From contig OZ037768.1 in NCBI GenBank assembly GCA_964035545.1, positions 14,455,675 through 14,519,674 of the forward strand: DNA of 64,000 bases, in the 5' to 3' direction. The position numbers and the translations under genes are program-made. How positions within the stretch are numbered: position 1 is the stretch's first letter; every line of letters begins with the position of its first letter. Source of the stretch: Bugula neritina. Lineage: Eukaryota > Animalia > Bryozoa. Positions 47,907-61,547 of the stretch are shown piece after piece. The notes beneath the pieces were generated by a model. That model did no database searches and was not told the DNA's origin. It was given only the letters and a program-made list of their open reading frames with translations.

Positions 47907-47925
47907 AATCCCACTGCTGCCACCA
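47907..47925 (-). promoter_or_regulatory. Primer binding site, tRNA-Leu
   Basis: TGGTGGCAGCAGTGGGATT, complementary to the 3' end of tRNA-Leu(AAG/TAG), 1 nt from the LTR. Confidence 0.85.
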
Positions 47926-47926
47926 C

Positions 47927-48269
47927 TGTTGTGAGTTTTAGCACAATTATCAAGCGTGGATTGCCTGCGTATTTAGTTTCAATTTAACTAGCAACTACTA
48001 ACAGAGCTTGCGTACGATAACCTTTATTTAATTCGATAAACATAATTATAACAGTATGTCAAAACCACAATACATCAATCAATTATAACACGTCTTACTA
48101 CTACGAGCCCCTGCTCTCAACACACATGGTTTCTGCTAGCTAACCCGCGAACAGTCACTTGACCGGAACCTTGTCTTCCGGTCCTTCTGATTGGATAGTA
48201 AAACATAGTTATAAGTATTCCCAAACAGGAGGAGACAAATGCATTATTATGCTACGTAATCCCATTACA
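47927..48269 (-). repeat. Element B 5' LTR
   Basis: Identical to 42973-43315. Confidence 0.95.
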
Positions 48270-48468
48270 ATACGCTACTTTGATTAACTATTGTTGTGTT
48301 GTACTAGTAATTGTGTTGTGTAAAATATAAATATTATTCACTTGAGAGACCAATTTATTATTTACAAGCTATTTTGGCGCAATGGCTAAAAGTTTTAAAT
48401 ACTCGGATATAATAAAAAACTATGAAGATCAAAACGTGAGTTGAGAGTTCTTTGTGTAGATTGAGAAA

Positions 48469-51400
48469 TTGGAGCTCGTGGCAGAGCTACAGGGAGGGTC
48501 AGCGGATATATTGAAGTTACTACCTCTGTTCCTAGCAGAGCTTGCTTTCGCAGTTTATCAGCAGTTGAGCGCAGAGGTGAAGGCAGATTATGAAAAACTC
48601 AAAAGTGAGCTGAGCACAGCTTTTAGTATTGATGCCTTCTCATTATATGAGCAGTTGAAAGGCAGAACCCTGATGGAAGGTAAGTCTGTGGATGTTTATC
48701 TAGCAGATTTAAAGAGGTTGGTTTGTTTGATCAGACAGAAAACTGCAGATTCTCTGCTGAAGTGCGCTCTTGTGTCTGGGCTACCAGCTGATGTAGATAT
48801 GAGTCTAAAATCGTCAGTAAATGTCAGTAGACTAAAATTGCCTAAAATTGTGAGCAAAGCGAGTGCCATGCTCGCAATTAAAAATGAGAGGTCAAGTGTC
48901 ATTTGTGCTGGTATAAGGCAAGATGTAAGAACAACAGGGACAAAGTGCTTTGCTTGCTCAGGTCTGGGTCACATTTTTCATGATTGTGCCAATAACAAGA
49001 GGGATAGACAGCCTGGTGCTCGTAACCAGTAAATACGCAAATGCTTCGTGTGCTAGTTGCCGGAGCATTTAGCCCACCAATGCCCTGAACGTTTAGAAAA
49101 AGTCAACGAGAGAGCATCTGCGTCGGATACTCACCCCGCATCACAACATTAGAGACGCCCTTTCCTATGACGAATCTTTTAATAAATGGTGTAACATTCA
49201 AATCATTGGTTGATACTGGGTGCCAGCAACTGTAGTCAGCTAAAATGTTGTTCACTTGTTGAGAGAAAATCATAGTTTTGTGCCAAAAATTGTGACAATG
49301 TTGGATGGTAAAATAACTATGTGTCTAGGGGAGGTTAGTCTAAAAATCACAGCAGGAACAAGATGTGTAAATGTTCGATGCCTGATATCAAAATCCTTGA
49401 TTTGTGGGTGTGCAACCATAATTGGAATAAATGCAGTGAAGGGGCTCGGAGGATTAACAGTGAGCTCTCAAGGTGTGCCTTTCTCTTGACGGTGCTCGCC
49501 AATATGATAAGTTAGCAGTTGTGGCGTTCGGAGACTCTAATAAACCATGCAGTTTGCAAGTCGAGGATGCAGACTTTGTAGCGTCATTCAATGAAAGTGA
49601 CTTGGAAATAGAAAGGTGGTGAGCCAGTGTTGAAAAATCAATGTTGTCAATCTGAGATTCTTGAAAAATGCAGGAAAAGTTATGTGCAAGAGATTTGAAC
49701 TTGGATTGAAAATGGGTGGTTAGAAGAGCACAATGAAGCTGACCATGGCAAGGTTCAGGGAGTCATTCCTATGATGGCAGCGTTCCAACCCAACAAAGAA
49801 AGGAAAGTATCGCCTTTGATAGACAACAGCCGTGAACTAAACCAGTACATAAGCTGTAACCCTGAGGCAGATGTGGCAGTGTGCCAGGAAAAGTTGCATA
49901 AGTGGCGTAGGCTTGGTCCCAGTTGCTGCATGCTTGATTTGAAGAAGGCTTAATTACAGCTGTCCGTGGATGCCGAGCTGCTCAAATTTTCAGGCAGTTC
50001 GCTATAAGGGCAAGCTCTTTGTCACGATAAGAATGGGATTTCGACTCAATGTGGCTCGCAAGATTATGTCAAAGGTACTAGGCAGAGTACTTTTAATGGA
50101 TAACTCTATTCAAAAGGGGACTGATAATCACATTGATGACATTATTGTTGATGAAAAAGTGGTTTCAGTAATTAGTAGTAAGAGTTAAGGAGCACCTCAC
50201 TGGTTATGGATTAATTTCAAAAGACCCTGAAAGTATTGATAATGCCAGAGTTCTTGGCCTTCGAGTGAAGAAAGGTCCCTCCGAACAGTTGCGTTGGAAA
50301 AGAGACAATGACATGAATGTTGGTGAAGTTGTGACTAAACAGGATTTGTTTTCTTTGTGTGAGAAATTGGTGGGCCATTAACCTGTTGGGGGTTGCTTGA
50401 GAGTGGCGTGCAGCTTTATGAAGAGAAGCACCAATGATTGTGGTTGGAATGAGTCAATCACAAAAAGCACAGTGGAAATGCTTGGTGAGACAATGCAGAG
50501 GCTTCAGGAAAAAGACCCAGTGAGTGGACAATGGCATGTGTCTGTATCAAACTTTGGAACAGTGTGATGTGATGCCAGCAACCCGTCAGTTGAGATAGAT
50601 GGAGAGCAGGTGGAGGATGGGAGTTGTTACAGATTCAGTTACAGTGTATGCTTGGGTTCAGTCAATCATAAGTAATAGTAAGCGACCCAAAGTAAATGGT
50701 CTTGGCGAGATGCCTATCCGAAGAAGGTTGGCCATGGTTGCAGAATCGATAGAGCTGTATGAGCTTGAAGTAAGAGTTAGGTTAGCGAAGTCGGAAGAGA
50801 ATCTGGCTGACTTGTTGAGATGTGTTCCAAAGAGCTAGTTGCAGACTCAAGTATGCTCTGTTGAGTGCGCAAGTAACTACTTTATCCCCCCAATAAGAGA
50901 TTTACATGACACAAACCACTTGGGTTCTGAAAAGACGTTACACTTGGCAAAATATAAGTGGGGTGATGCTGCCGTGAAAGAGGATATAGCTAAAGTCGTA
51001 AGGAAGTGCCATGTTTGTCGTCAAGTTGATCCTGCACCAGTAAAATGAGAGAGTGGCAAACTGTCAGTTGAAACAACATGGATCAGGCTTGTATTGGACA
51101 TCACCCACTGCAATGGAGTTCCTTTTCTGACAGTTATTGATTGTGGGCTAAGCAGGTTCTCAATATGGAGGCAATTGAGGAATGAAACATCTGAGTTGGT
51201 TGCAAAACAACTGGAGGAATCGTTCCATGAAAGAGGCCCTCCCAAAGAACTGCTGACTGATAATGAGTCGAGCTATCGTGGTGAGAAGATGAAAAAGTTG
51301 ATGGCTCGGTGGAAAGTTGAGCACATGTTTTGCAGTGCATATAAGCCGCAAGGAAATGGTATAGCGAAACGTTATCACAGAACAGTAAAGCGTATGATGG

Positions 51401-51960
51401 CTAGGTCTAGTAGAAGTGCACAGGAAATGCTGTATTGGTACAATTTCTCTCCAAGAATAGCAGGTCACACACCAGCAGAGCAGGTGCACAAGCATAACAT
51501 TCATTCCCTCCTAGATGTGAGTGATAATTCCTGCCGGCCATGAGATATATCCTTAAACCCATATCAACCAGGTGATGTGGTGTATGTCAAGCCTCCAGGT
51601 GCCAGATGCAAAACACCCTGGAAGAAGGGTACAGTCACAGCATTGGTTTCTAATACCACTGTAAAAGTTGATGGCACCAACTGGCATGTCAGCGTTATTA
51701 GACTCTGTCATGCAGGTCCAGTCAGCTATACCAATAGTGACAAAGGAGTGATGATAGAAGACGATGAATCAGTAGTTGAGGACAGTGATAAGGAGAGTGA
51801 TGTGAATAGTAATGAAGATGATATGCAAAATGTGGCTGATGAGCCTCCTATGGCTGGTGGCAGTGTCGCAGATGAAGGGGTGGCAGCTGACCATGAAAAT
51901 ACAAGCTATCTCAATAGAGACAGAAAAAACCCTGCTGGGCATAAGGATTATGTATTTTTT
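48469..51960 (+). pseudogene. Element C gag-pol remnants
   Basis: gag with CCHC knuckle CFACSGLGHIFHDC, protease VDTG, RT LDLKKA and HIDDIIV, RNase H CDAS, integrase H..H..CHVC, DITH and TDNE; many stops and frameshifts. Confidence 0.9.
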
Positions 51961-52102
51961 CATAGTTTATTAGTGATTTTGATATCAAGGGGAGGTGTGT
52001 GTGTGTGTGTGTTTTATTTCATCATAATATAGTGTTTTACAACTAGCATATGTTACAAGAGCAGATAAACAACTAGAAAAGAAACATAGGAAAACATAAC
52101 AG

Positions 52103-53434
52103 TAGGGGTAACGGGGGGGGGGGGGGGGGGCACAACGGTCATAGGGGTACAAAAAGCCGGCCAAATTGTGAGAGAACTTATTGACTTGGAGTTGAGATTT
52201 TTTTTCATAAAAAGGTATTGACATAAATATTCAGCCTTTGTAGTTTCAACACTTGCGAAACATACATGTTGAAAAGGCGAGTAAAAAACTGTTTCTACCT
52301 ACTTTTTGTAAAATATTTTAGATGTCGTTAAAGCTTCATAACTTTTTACACTCAAAGGTAAGAAGCCTATATTTTACTGATAATGTTGCCATTGCTTGTC
52401 TCTACATTGATTAATTAGTATAACAGCAAACTCTAAAATAAGTTTTCCTTGAGGCACATTTATGTTCAATTTGGCCATCCGCGGCACAATGGGCCACGCT
52501 GACCGGGACACAATGGGCCACTTGATTATTGTACCCTGATCACTGTTATTAGTTTGTTTGCCCAAAAAGTTGGTTGAAATGTTACTAAAATCTATAGATA
52601 TAGCCATTTCTGACTTTTTTGTAAAATATCAAAGACATCATGGTAAGACTACAAAACTACAAGGTGAAGCTCCCTTAATATATACATTTGGTGAAGTTAA
52701 AGCTATGCTATTTTATACATAATACAAAACACTCTGCTGTTCCTACTAGTAAATAGTCATGATATTCATTATACATTATATCATTGAGGGAATATACATG
52801 TAGTTGACTAAAATGAATTGTGATTTGCTCACTCGCTCCCCTCCCCTCTCCCTTCCGTACCCCAGCCACAAACCGAAGCCATGCACCTTAGCTACAGTTC
52901 ATAGAAAAAGTCCATTCAAAATTTTGTAGCACATGTAACTAAAGTTTTTTTTTGATAAAAGTTTCTCTGAAGTGTAAATGAAAAACATTTTTAGTTCTAA
53001 ACGGTAATAATAATGGCACTGTGGAACCGATTGATGTGCGTTTGATTTTGCCTTCCTTTGCTATTCGTGGTGGCACAAACTGTACAGCTAAAACATGAAT
53101 TTTGCTGTAGATCTGAAAGAATATTTTTTAATTATTTATAATATTAAATAAATAAAGATCAGATGTAACAAAATATGCAAAGTTTCAATATATTTGTTGT
53201 GTCCCACCCAGTGGCCCATTGTACCCCGGTACCGGGGCACAATGGGCCGATTTTTTTGTCATAAAAATTTCATTATACTGAAATTTGTGAGAGAGATAAA
53301 AACAACAAACTGATACCTGTTATAGACAACAGATGCAGCATTAAGACTAGAGATTATTAAACTAGTAACTTGAAAAACAGACGAATGAGAGCAAAAAAAG
53401 TAAAATTCGGCCCGTTGTGCCCCCGTTACCCCTA
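52103..53434. mobile_element. Non-autonomous DNA transposon, TA target (Tc1/mariner-pogo type inferred)
   Basis: TA-GGGGTAACGGG..GCACAACGG and CCGTTGTGCCCCCGTTACCCC-TA; sits in the LINE 3' UTR. Confidence 0.8.
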
Positions 53435-53788
53435 TATAAAAATAAAACTGTCGGAAGTGATGATGAGGCCCAGTGCGAAACAGCATGGCTAGTGGTACGC
53501 CGGCCAAATGTTGGCATAACCATACAAGGCACCACAGATCACTCAACAGAGTGGAGGTAATGCCTCAATTTTGTTTTAAATTTACCAAGTGGCTGTATAA
53601 TCTTTAAAAATTTAGGCAACTTATTCCACAGTGCAGATATTACAAAATTGGAGGTGCGTTGATCAGCAAATGAGGAATAAAATGGAACAGGAAGATATTG
53701 CAACTGATGACGAGTAGTATAGTGAGAGTGTGTCGAAAAGCTTCTTGAATAGTAGATTTTATGAGCTTTAATTAGCAGTTTGTACTTG

Positions 53789-54349
53789 TGTGGTAAATGG
53801 CAATCTCTCGCACCAGAGCCCATAGACCAATCATCATCAAGCCAGCCGTAGCTGCAATGACTAATGCTAATAGTTGTCTGGGCAAGTCTGGAGATTTTCC
53901 ATTATTAAGTAACTGTTACGCATCGACTTGCCCCAGAGAATGCTGGAACATTCTGAGCTTCCGTTTAGATGATCATGTGGATGGACAATGATTGGCTGGC
54001 TGACCCCACCGTGTTATTCATAAGCTTGAGCTTATTGGTCAGCCTGTAAATGGGCTGATCTCAGTATATAAGGAGGTGACCACGCTGGCCCAGAGAGTTG
54101 GGGTGTAGTTGGTTACTGTTGTATTCTAAGATTGTGTACTGTTATTTTGCTACTTGTAATTATGTCTTTGCTTTGTTACTAATAAAGGAAGTAGGTGTGG
54201 CCTTTACAATATGCCAACCTACCATACATGTCTACCCATAAAACATTCTCGTACCTTTCTCTCAAATAATAACATTAGATTAAGTGAGTGCATTGGTTCT
54301 TCTCAAAACCCACAAAGTGGAATCATATATATCCCGAAATTCCACAACA
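53789..54349 (+). mobile_element. Solo LTR, 561 bp
   Basis: TG...CA, 4-bp TSD CTTG, ATTGG boxes, TATATAA ~54065, AATAAA 54181; removal restores LINE frame DKLYKYKLLIKAHK. Confidence 0.88.
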
Positions 54350-54996
54350 CTTGTACAACTTGTCAACTGGTAAAATGTCTGAATTCCTAAACAGGTCTTT
54401 AGAGTGGTATCCAAAAGGTTTGTGGTGAATTATACAAACAATTTTTTTTTGAAATTTCATCACTCTATCAAGATGGACCCTGGATGCATTCTCCCATGAT
54501 TCTATAGAGTAGCACAACCTGGAATGTATAAGTGAATAGTATAACAATCAAAATATTTTGGGAGCGAATGCATTTAAACGATAAAAAAGTCCCGAAATTG
54601 GTCGAAGATTTAATAATATTTTCTGAATGTGGGATGACCAGTTTAAATTTTTATCAATTATCACACCTAAAAATTTTACTTCGTCAACTGCTGTTATTGG
54701 TTTGTCATTTATTGTTAATTTTAAATCAAATTGGAACTTATTTTGACAGTTCTTAAAAATAATGTAAGATGTTTTTTCATAATTATTTGTTAGCTTATTT
54801 ATCTGGCACCATTCACATAGTCTTTTAAGATCAAAAGAGATTTTCTCATACTCATTGTTTAAATTTTTTGATTTTAAAAATAAGTTAGTATCGTCAGCAT
54901 ATTAAATTGGTGTTACATATTGTAAGGTTTCGCAAAGATCGTTGATATATATATTAGGAACCAGGTGGGACCTAGCACAGATCCTTGGGGTGCACC
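54350..54996 (-). pseudogene. LINE ORF2 reverse transcriptase C-terminal half
   Basis: PQGSVLGP, YADDTNL, LYYSLIHSRLCY; disrupted frame. Confidence 0.9.
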
Positions 54997-57900
54997 TGTA
55001 GTGAATTTCGCAATTCCTATATTATGTGTGGTTCAACTTAAACAAAGCCACTACACCAGGTTATTTACGTTATGATAAGTTTATTATTTACAAGATACAA
55101 GAGGTTCTAATTGCTGCTAACATGAATTGAAACGATTACATAATAAGTGAGCATTTACACACAACTACTCTAAATGAAGTCCCAAGCTGCTCTGCCTGGC
55201 TAGCTACTCAGCGCGCTTCCACTACAAGTAGCTAGCTCTACCTGCTATCAATTAATATGCCTGTCCTAATTGGTTGTTACTAGTGGTGCCACTGTCGACC
55301 ATAGATACAAGTCGCTGGAGGTCGATGTAGTCAATCTCCACAATAGCATACAATATAGAGTCGACCCTTTCGATATAATAACTAACACTAATTGCACCAC
55401 TAAAATCCATTACACTCTCCACACCTATCGAAAGGTACACTCTATGACTAATGTTTGAAAATACATTATAAAATAAAAGATTGAAAAATAGACAGGAATA
55501 AAAGAACACAAAATAACATGATCAAAACGATTCACATAACATTAACAAGACGATCGATTAAGGATCCGCCGCAGGGTCGAAGTGTCTCTCACCCGATCAT
55601 GTAAGACAGCATGAGCATAGTAAGGGAAGGATGTACTGTATCACATTCACATAGTCCGAACCAAGCAATGGGTGGTGTCGAGAAACCACCAGGCATCATG
55701 GCTACAAGTGAAAAGGAATCTCCCCAAAGGGGGGGGAGAAAGGAAGGGAGTACGAAGGGATCTCCCCAAAGGGGGAGAAAGAAGGGGGGGTTGACTGGTC
55801 TCTTTCTAGAGGGTCGTGTCGAATACCAACATCCACACTGATCACCGTCGAATTCCCAAAGGGGGGAATTTAAGGCTTCTTCATCTTGACTTTTATAGTT
55901 AATTATTACTTCATGCAGGATTTTTTAATATTACTTGTTACTTCTTATTATTATTACGATGTCGCTATGGCGAAAAGAGAGAGGAGCTACTCTGCCTGAT
56001 TGCATTCTTCCTTGCAGTATTATTACGTCGGTACGTCGTCGCCAGGATGAGAAGAGGAAAGAACTCCTCTGTTAGTTGCCTCTCTGTACTTTGCCGTTGT
56101 GGGGCACCATCCGCCATGACAGTCACCAGAGTTGCTATTATGGCGCTACAAGAATCAAATCAAGCAGTCAGCATCGTGTCGACAAATAATGTGATGAATG
56201 ATGGGTGACTGCGCGACGGTGGTGCCAGGAGAAAGAATTATGCTCCGCCATTAAAGTCTCACCTGCAACAGAATGCCAGAAACTGTTGAAGGGGTTTTCA
56301 CCTGGTCAGTACGACACCTCGACTGAGTCTCGCAATCTACTAACCACTGATTATTACTAAATCATGCGGTCGACTGCCTCACTCAAGTCGTCAGTGAAAT
56401 CACCTGACTTGGGAAACCAACTTTATCGTTATGATAAAGCGAGACTGATTTAACGCTACCAGCTTGAATTCTACTTAAATAATAGAATTATACTAGTAGA
56501 CTTACCATAAGACAGCCGTGACGTTAGTCTGCTGCCCACTTAGGCCACGTAGTACGCCAGCCTGCCAAGTACATGCGTGCACATTGGCAGTTAAAATAGA
56601 AAAGAACGCTCTTTGCAGTGAAAGTGATTACATAATACCCCTTTCACTAGCGAGCTGGCTTCGCTCTTTTCTTTACCCCTGGTAGTGTTATATTTACACC
56701 ACTGGGTAGGCAACTCACAGTTGCGTCTCCTTATATTTCGGAAACGCAACTCTCAATTGCTCGTCGCCCCAGATTTTTTTTATTATAGCTGATGGATGTT
56801 TTTCCACTGCGTCACACAAGAAATCTTTTAAATAAGATGGAGGCGCCCTAGTGCGTTGCCTACACTCCAACTGCACTGGGGAATTTGCTACAACTGGTGA
56901 CTTTTCCACCACGGGTGGTGTCGCCAGTACGGGGGGGGGGGTCCACCAGTACGGGTGGTCCTCCCCCAGCTGCCTCTTCCTCATGATTTTGAGGAATTTC
57001 CATCTCATCCGGGGCGATGGGCCTGTCGACCGGCTCCACAGGTGGTGGAGTCGGCTCCGACGGGTCTTCTGGTGTGTCGGCCTCCTCCTCCTGGGGTGGA
57101 GGAGGCTGGGGCGGGTCGGGTGGCGCGTCGGCCGCCCCGTCCTGATCTTGCAGTGTCTCCTCAACCTCTCTATACGCCATGCCTCGCCCCCTCATAGGAG
57201 GGCGTCTAGCGGGCTCTAAGAGGGGAGGTGCTTGACCTGCTGCATCAGGACTCGCCCAGTGAGGTTTCAGCCGTACTTCGTTCTGGACTGACACTTGTCC
57301 AGACCGTTCCACTTTATAGGTGTGATTTGGCATCACCTCAATCACGCAGTAGGGACCTACGAACTTCGGCTGCAACTTGGCTGCCTGTCCGCGCCGCCGG
57401 CAATGACTGGTCATTCAGACCCTGTCTCCCACCTTGTATAAGGGAGGGGGGTCGTCAGAGTCACCACTTCTGACCTGCCAGTGCTGCTCACGTAGCACCT
57501 CGTGAGCTGTCCCCATGCATTTCACGAGCTTGTCCACATAATCGTGGACGTTGCTCTCGGGAGCCGGAACATGATAGGTTACGTGCTCAGGAACCCTGGT
57601 TTCTCTCCCCAGCATGAGAAAATTAGGGGTCTCCAGTGTACTCGAGTGAGGGGTACTACGGTACGCTCGCATGATCTGCGGCAGCACCAAGTCCCACTCT
57701 TCCTGGCTCCTACCAATAAGCAGGCTTTTCAGTGAGTCCCCTAGCATTCGGTTGTTCCGCTCCACAACCCTGTTCCCTTGCGGGTGATACGGGGTCGTCC
57801 GACTCTGGTTTACCCCCCACATTTTACAGAGATTGCTCATAAGTTGCGACAGAAACTGGGCGCCTTGATCAGAATGTATCTGCTCCGGCAAGCCGAAATA

Positions 57901-60900
57901 ACAGAACACCTGCTGATCCAAGGCTCTGGCCACCGAGGGGGCCGACGCATCTGGAATAGCCAGTGCATCAGCCCACCGCGTGAAATGCTCAGTTAGTACC
58001 AGTATCCAGTTATTACCTCTCACTGTTGTGGGCATGGGGCCTACCAGATCGACAGCAACTACCTGCCACGGACGACCGGCATGGAGGCGACGCCTCCCTG
58101 CGGTCTCAGTGGGGCGGCCATGCTTGCTAGCTTGGCACACCTCGCACTTCCGCACCCGGAGTCGGACATCCCGGGTCATACCGGGCCAAAACCACTGGAG
58201 TTGAAGACACCTAGTCACACGCCCAGCTCCTGCATGAGCCTGCTTATAGGTTTACCAGATCAACTCCCGCCTCAGAGCAGATGGACAGACTACCCTTTTT
58301 TGTTCACAGCAATTGGTGCCTGCTGCTAGCGTTATCGCTAACAGCCCTTCGCTTTTAAACCGGAGGGAGTCCCAGCGGCTGCAGAAATATTTAAACTCCG
58401 CGCACTTGACCCGCTGTTCAGCCTCATTAGGCCGCTGTCCCTCACTCTTGGCCCGGACTAAGTTAGCTACTACCCCTGGTAGCGTTGCTTGGAGCTGACA
58501 CAGCTCCTTGACGTTCTTGAGCAGCGTGGGGTTTGCATGAAGGTTGTTAACAGCTTCACTAAGGGCTTCGGACTGAAGTTGTCCTTTCTCCTAGCTGTAT
58601 ATACCTGCTTTCCCCACCTGTTTTTCAACGTCCGAGCGAAGGGTCCACCATCCTTATGCTCAATATTTTGGCATTGCCCACACCCATCTGCCTGGCGGCG
58701 GCTCAGTTTGTCGGCATTACCGTGTTTCTTACTGGGTCGGTGTTCGATTAGATAAAAAAAACTCTGCCAATTTTTCAAGCCAGCGCGCTACTTGGCTAAA
58801 TGGCTCAGCCCCTTGACACAGCCATATCAAAGACGCATGGTCAGTTCGTAATCTGAACGTGCGTCCATAAAGGTATGCTCTAAAGTGCTTCACCGCCTTG
58901 ACTACTGCCAGGAGCTCTTTCCTGGTGGTACAGTAGTTCTTCTCAAACGCCGACAGAGCCTTACTATAGTAAGCTACCACTACCTCGCGGCCATCTTAGA
59001 CCTGAGACAGCACAGCCCTCACATTGTGGTTACTGGCATCAGTATCCAATATGTACTCTTTCGCCGGATCAGGGTACGACAAGATGGACGCTTCTACCAA
59101 GTGATCCTTGAGGTGGTCAAATGCCTGCTGTTCTGTCTGCGTCCACTGCCATTGCACCTCCTATGCTGTCAGCCGGGTTTAGTGGCTGCGCAATTCCTGC
59201 GAAGTCCGGCATGTACTGACGATAGTACCCTACCAGTCCCAGGAATGCCGGCAATTTAAAGAGATCGACAGGGACAGCCCAGTCCCTCACAGCCCGTACC
59301 TTCTCGGGGTCAGTGGCGACCCCGTCTCGACCAACTACATGGCCCAGGTACTTAACCTCTTGCTGCAACAATGTGCACTTAGAGGGCTTGAGCTTCAGAA
59401 CAGCACCTCAAAGTCTGTCAAACACCTTTCTGAGCTGACTGACATGAGTGTCGAAGTCGGGGGAGATGACAATGACATCATCGAGATAGATGAGCAAGGT
59501 CTTCCAGTGTAGCCCACTCAGGACCTGCTCCATGATTCGCTGGAAGGTGGCCGGTGCAGACATAAGTTCAAATGGCAACACCTTCCATTTCCAGAGCCCA
59601 TCCCGCGTAATAAACGCGGCCTTGTCCTGTGCATCAGAACTCAGGGGCACCTGCCAATACCCGCTTAGCAAGTCCAATGTACTGAAGAACTGGCCACCAG
59701 CTAAAGCATCTAGCGACTCATTGATCCTAGGAAGAGGGTAAGCATCCTGGATGGTCACGCTGTTCAGTTTGAGATAATCCACGCAGAACCTCCACCTCCC
59801 ATCCTTTTTCCGAACGAGGACAACTGGAGAGCTCCAAGCACCATGGGCTGACTCAATCAGGTCCCGGCGCAGAAGGTCTTGCACTTGTCTGCTCACTTCC
59901 TTTTCCTTCTCAGGACCTAACCGGCGAGTCGGCTGCCTGAATGGCACCGTCCCAGCCGCCAGGGGTATTTCATAACAGACAGCCTTCGTCAGGCCCATGT
60001 CATGATTGCCGCAACTGAACACATCCTTGTACTTAGAGAGTAGCTGCGCCACTACCAGGCGTTCCCGCTTGCTCTCACAGTCATCACAGGCATCCCCGTG
60101 CAATTCTACCAAGTGTTTAGGCACCGGCCCCCAGCTGTCCCTAGTGGGTACCCGTCGAGCCCCATTCGCTGTTTCCAGGGCCATACCGACATCCTCCTCC
60201 TGTATGGAGTGGACCCAGCCGGCAATTCTACCAGCTCCGTGAAAGGATTCATGCACTGGACCAGGAACTCCCCCGCTCATCCAGTCTATTCAGACTGTTA
60301 GCGAGCTGGACACCCCCCAGTGCACTTTTCACCACTCCTAAATCGGAGATTTTCCTACAGTTAACTCTGCAGCGAACTGTAGTCCGAGAGCGCCCAGGTT
60401 CAGTACAGTGCTGTACCACCTGCACTCCCTCCACCAAGGGTCGGCCAAATCGGTCGACACAGGCCAGCTCACGCCCGGCCATCACCACCGCCGACTTGTT
60501 AAAATCAATGTGGCACCTGTGTCGCTTCAGAAATAGCATGCCCATTTGCAGGCAAGTCACCACAGGCGACTTGTGCTAGCCGCTCAGCTACGGTAGCGTG
60601 CTCCCTCAAAGTAGTCTTAGGATTTCTCCTAAGCTCTTGGAGCTGCACACGATCATTCCAAGCAGTAAGCCCAAACCGAGCTCTTAACGCCTCAAAGATG
60701 TCGCCGACGTCTTGACGAATCCTATAGGGTTTGGCCGGCCCCGTCAGGCACAACCGTAGCTGAATCAGAGTAACCCTGGCAGGCCATCGACAGATGGCTG
60801 CCACATAACTGAACTCAGTGATAAATTGCTCCACATCTTCTTCTCCAGAGAAGATGGAAGCCCGAAAGTGGTACCTGTCCACAGTCAGCGCTGGGCCGCT

Positions 60901-61428
60901 TATGCCGTCCTCCATAGCTACTGGTTCTTGGCGAAGTATATCTTCTTTGTCGGCCATCTTTTACACCCTGGCTAGGAGCATTTACCATAAATAAATCCCA
61001 CAGCTGCCACCACTGTTGTGAATTTATGCTTCACTGCAATCGATGGGTTTATTCAATGAAGGCCACTTCGCCCGGTTTACTAATTAATATGAGTTTATTT
61101 ATTACTGATAACACACGCATAAAATGAATAACACTACCAACACAGACTGTTACATAATAGAGAGCTAACTGTACACAACTTTACACTAGCATTATCAAGT
61201 CCTCTCTGCCGGCTATGTTGCCTAACTAGCTTCCACTACCTGTTTGTAGCTCCGCCTACTAAATTAATTGCTAGTCCTGTTTTATTGGCCAATACGATCA
61301 GGCCATCCTGATGGCATGATGCTGGCTGCATCATGTAACTGCCTGAGTGAGAAGTAAAATTTCGATATAACTAATGCAGTACTAAAAATTTTTACAATAT
61401 AATTAATACATTATTAAAAATCCTTACA
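54997..61428 (-). mobile_element. Element D: degenerate Ty3/Gypsy element with divergent LTRs (54997-55414, 61014-61428)
   Basis: tRNA-Leu PBS 60994-61012, gag start 60957, RT (LDLLSGYWQ, YLDD), RNase H, integrase (VDLVGP, HSDQG, VERNN), PPT GGTGTGGAGAG; no matching TSD. Confidence 0.9.
56715..60957 (-). pseudogene. Element D gag-pol, frameshifted, with gag-to-protease deletion near 60545
   Basis: ORFs 60505, 60249, 59408, 59117, 58729, 57415, 56860. Confidence 0.9.
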
Positions 61429-61547
61429 CGTGTTCAGTTCATTTCTCAATCTTTTATATTCAACTTCCAACTTTGTACTTAATGGAGATTTTCGCCAATT
61501 TCTATAAAAGCAATTTTTCTTTTGTATCATAAACAGAAGATCCCCAT

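Larger units (their letters stand above)
42973..48269 (-). mobile_element. Element B: young non-autonomous Ty3/Gypsy element (5297 bp) with an accessory zinc-finger ORF
   Basis: 343-bp LTRs identical by eye, 4-bp TSD ATAC (empty site GATACGC in the sister LTR at ~63664), tRNA-Leu PBS, PPT. Confidence 0.95.

Noticed and set aside
47907-47925. tRNA-Leu gene (also 60994-61012)
   Set aside because: Only the 3'-terminal 19 nt including CCA are present, so these are primer binding sites
48375-48392. TGGCGCAATGG as PBS of element C
   Set aside because: 8 nt from the LTR end and not confidently matched to a tRNA
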